Below, in pieces: positions 61,712 to 64,000 of a DNA stretch of 64,000 nt. The notes beneath the pieces are model-generated. The model was not told the origin of the DNA, ran no database searches, and was given only the letters and a program-made list of their open reading frames with translations. A program made the position numbers and the translations under genes. The DNA is from Eledone cirrhosa (lineage: Eukaryota), in assembly GCA_964016885.1 (NCBI GenBank), contig OZ024743.1, forward strand, positions 147,002,001 through 147,066,000, in the 5' to 3' direction. Every line of letters starts with the position of its first letter. The first letter of the stretch is position 1.

Positions 61712-64000
61712 ATGGCTGTGCTAAGAGTAGGGTGTCTAAATGCGCGTGGCCTGGGCTCGTCTTGGAAGCAAGCAATGCTTCTAAATGACCTCAGGTCACA
61801 ATCTATAAATGTGATGGTTATCTGCGAGGCCCGGATCAGCAGCATGCGACAGCTAGCCCCCACCTTTGACGACTTTGAGATGCACGCATCTCTCTGTCAG
61901 CCCGGAGGTGGGGGTGGGGTTGTCGTTCTGCTGCAAAAACATATGGGCCTTGCAACACAGATAGTTCACTTGGACCCAGGGGGTCGACTGGTGGTGCTGG
62001 ACCTTGGCAGTGGTGAAGGTAGAGCCTTTAGGCTGATAGCCGCATATGCCCCTTTTGGGACAGAGCGGCCCGACTTTTTCCAGCGTCTGGAGTCTTTTCT
62101 AGGGACGTCCCGTTCCCTGCTTTTAGTGGGGGATTGGAATGGTATCCTGGATGCACGTTGGGACTATGCAGGGGCATGTCCCGATAGAGAGGGGTGCAAC
62201 AGCCTCAAGGGGTTACTCGGCCGATTTGACCTGGCCGATAGATTTCGACTAGATTTTCCGACGGTGCCAACCTGGTCTTGGTCAAATCGCAGCGGATCAT
62301 CTAGATCGTACCTAGATAGATTTTTAGTTAGAAATAAGGACAGGGACTTTTTAAGTTGTCCAGAAATGCTCATGGTTGGCTATTCAGACCACAAGTTGGT
62401 GACCTGCATGGTCAACCTTGATAGAACGCATAGACAGGGCCCCGGTTACTGGAAGCTCAACTTGTCCTTGCCGGCAAGTAGAGCCTACAGGAATCGGATT
62501 AGTACGTTAGTTAAGGAACGGTTGACTGGAGCGATCGTCAACAGCAGGTGGTGGGTATCTCTAAAGAGAGAGATTAGAGTAGTCTCGATTGAATTTAGTA
62601 AGGTTCTAGCTGCGGATAGGAATAGGAAGGAAAGGGAGCTAATAGATAGAGTAGAAGAGGCAATTAGAAGCGGCGACGTGGCCAGAGTGCTAGCGTCGAG
62701 AACGGCTTTGAGCCAGTTTTTCGACGCGAAGCACGAAGGCTGCGTTGTCCGAAGTAAAATACGTGCTCTAGGGAACGAGGGGGCCAAAGCTGTTAGCTGG
62801 GCCCGCGTGACAGAGGCCAACAGTGGAACTAAATCCACCATCCGGTCTTTGCGAGACCTGGATGGACGGGCGATTCTTGAGCCTAAGCAGATGTGTGAGG
62901 CCTTTCAAAGGCACTTTGCCCGACTGTTCGGGAGGGGCGGGGAGCCGGTTGGAAACGTGGACTTCGGTCCATACCTCGACGGCCTGCCGCGCCTCTCGGA
63001 CAGGGAGGCGAAGTCTTGCGAGGAGCCGATTTCGGCCGCTGAGATAGAGGACGTGCTGGGCCAATGCGGCAAACGCAAATCCCCGGGTCTCGATGGTCTT
63101 CCTTACGAATTATATCTAGCTATGCCGGACTTGTTCCCCGATCTCCTCGAGGCGGTCTACTGCAACTGGCAACAGAACGGGAGAATTCCCTGTACTGTGA
63201 CCAAGGGCGTAGTCACGCTAGTGAGGAAGGACGAGAACAAGGGGGACGAAATAAGTAACTTCAGGCCCATAACTCTGCTAAATACAGAGTTACAGATTTT
63301 GGCCAAAGTGCTAGCAAAGAGGTTGGCGCTTGTCGTGGGCAACCTGGTGGGAGATGCGCAGACATGCGCTATCCCGTCCAGGTCCATCCATGACAACCTC
63401 CACCTCATGCGATACATCATAGAGAGGGTTGGGAACGAACCCGGCTTTGGTGGGGCTCTGATCAACTTGGATCAATCTAAGGCGTTCGATAGGGTCGACC
63501 ATGGTTACCTGGATGCGGTGCTAGCGGCGGCAGGCTTCGGACCCGTTTTCAGGGGCTGGATCACTGCTATGCACAGCAGCCGCATCTGCTCTAGGGTCAA
63601 GGTGAACGGCTACCTCTCGGAGCCGTTCAAAATCGCGCGGTCCATCCGACAAGGGTGCCCTCTCTCCTCCCTTCTGTATGTGTTGACTCTCGAGCCACTA
63701 CTGCGGAAGTTGGAGTTGTTGCAGGGCATCCCTTTGGAACCGGGATTGCGGAAAGCGGTGTCAGCCTACGCCGATGATGTGACAGTAATGGTGTCGACGG
63801 CCTCCGAAATCGAGGCGGTCGGCACCTTACTGGAGGAGTACGAAAAGTTCACAGGGGCTAAGCTGAACCGGGACAAGTCGATCGGTTTGCAACTCGGCAC
63901 GTGGAGGGGCAGACCGATGCCTTCCGATGGCGTCGTCGGACGCTGGACGGAGGGCCCGGTGAAGTTGCTCGGGGTCTGGTTCGGACCGGACCTCCAGGTG
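61712..64000 (+). CDS. Tx1/L1-type LINE ORF2 (APE endonuclease plus RT), apparently open to the window end
   Basis: MAVLRVGCLNARGL, YAP, GDWN, YLDRF, SDH, PGYWKLN, KSPGLDG, FRPITLLN, DQSKAFDRV, QGCPLS, and YADD at 63767 in frame with the ATG. Confidence 0.92.
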   Translation, partial: MAVLRVGCLNARGLGSSWKQAMLLNDLRSQSINVMVICEARISSMRQLAPTFDDFEMHASLCQPGGGGGVVVLLQKHMGLATQIVHLDPGGRLVVLDLGSGEGRAFRLIAAYAPFGTERPDFFQRLESFLGTSRSLLLVGDWNGILDARWDYAGACPDREGCNSLKGLLGRFDLADRFRLDFPTVPTWSWSNRSGSSRSYLDRFLVRNKDRDFLSCPEMLMVGYSDHKLVTCMVNLDRTHRQGPGYWKLNLSLPASRAYRNRISTLVKERLTGAIVNSRWWVSLKREIRVVSIEFSKVLAADRNRKERELIDRVEEAIRSGDVARVLASRTALSQFFDAKHEGCVVRSKIRALGNEGAKAVSWARVTEANSGTKSTIRSLRDLDGRAILEPKQMCEAFQRHFARLFGRGGEPVGNVDFGPYLDGLPRLSDREAKSCEEPISAAEIEDVLGQCGKRKSPGLDGLPYELYLAMPDLFPDLLEAVYCNWQQNGRIPCTVTKGVVTLVRKDENKGDEISNFRPITLLNTELQILAKVLAKRLALVVGNLVGDAQTCAIPSRSIHDNLHLMRYIIERVGNEPGFGGALINLDQSKAFDRVDHGYLDAVLAAAGFGPVFRGWITAMHSSRICSRVKVNGYLSEPFKIARSIRQGCPLSSLLYVLTLEPLLRKLELLQGIPLEPGLRKAVSAYADDVTVMVSTASEIEAVGTLLEEYEKFTGAKLNRDKSIGLQLGTWRGRPMPSDGVVGRWTEGPVKLLGVWFGPDLQV

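Overview
AT-rich eukaryotic repeat-dense DNA, probably an octopus-like cephalopod (inferred from its SINE, RTE and mariner content). I see no confidently identifiable host gene. Most listed ORFs are translations of (TA)n, (CA)n, (CAT)n or (TATC)n microsatellites. Real coding remnants are Penelope-like elements (4 fragments), RTE LINEs (one with an open RT ORF), a Tx1/L1-type LINE running off the right end, a CRE-type endonuclease fragment, and hAT, mariner, Merlin and pogo DNA-transposon relics, plus tRNA-derived SINEs and MITEs. The striking feature is the non-coding islands between the TA tracts: by hand I find about 27 type I hammerhead ribozyme (HHR) motifs in solo, fold-back and tandem (retrozyme-like) modules, including U3-A8 core variants and large stem insertions. 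There is also a hammerhead with non-circularly permuted, pseudoknotted strand order, seen in three sequence families with covarying stems (13838-13904, 37438-38026, 38279-38938). All RNA structures are manual pairings and are untested.
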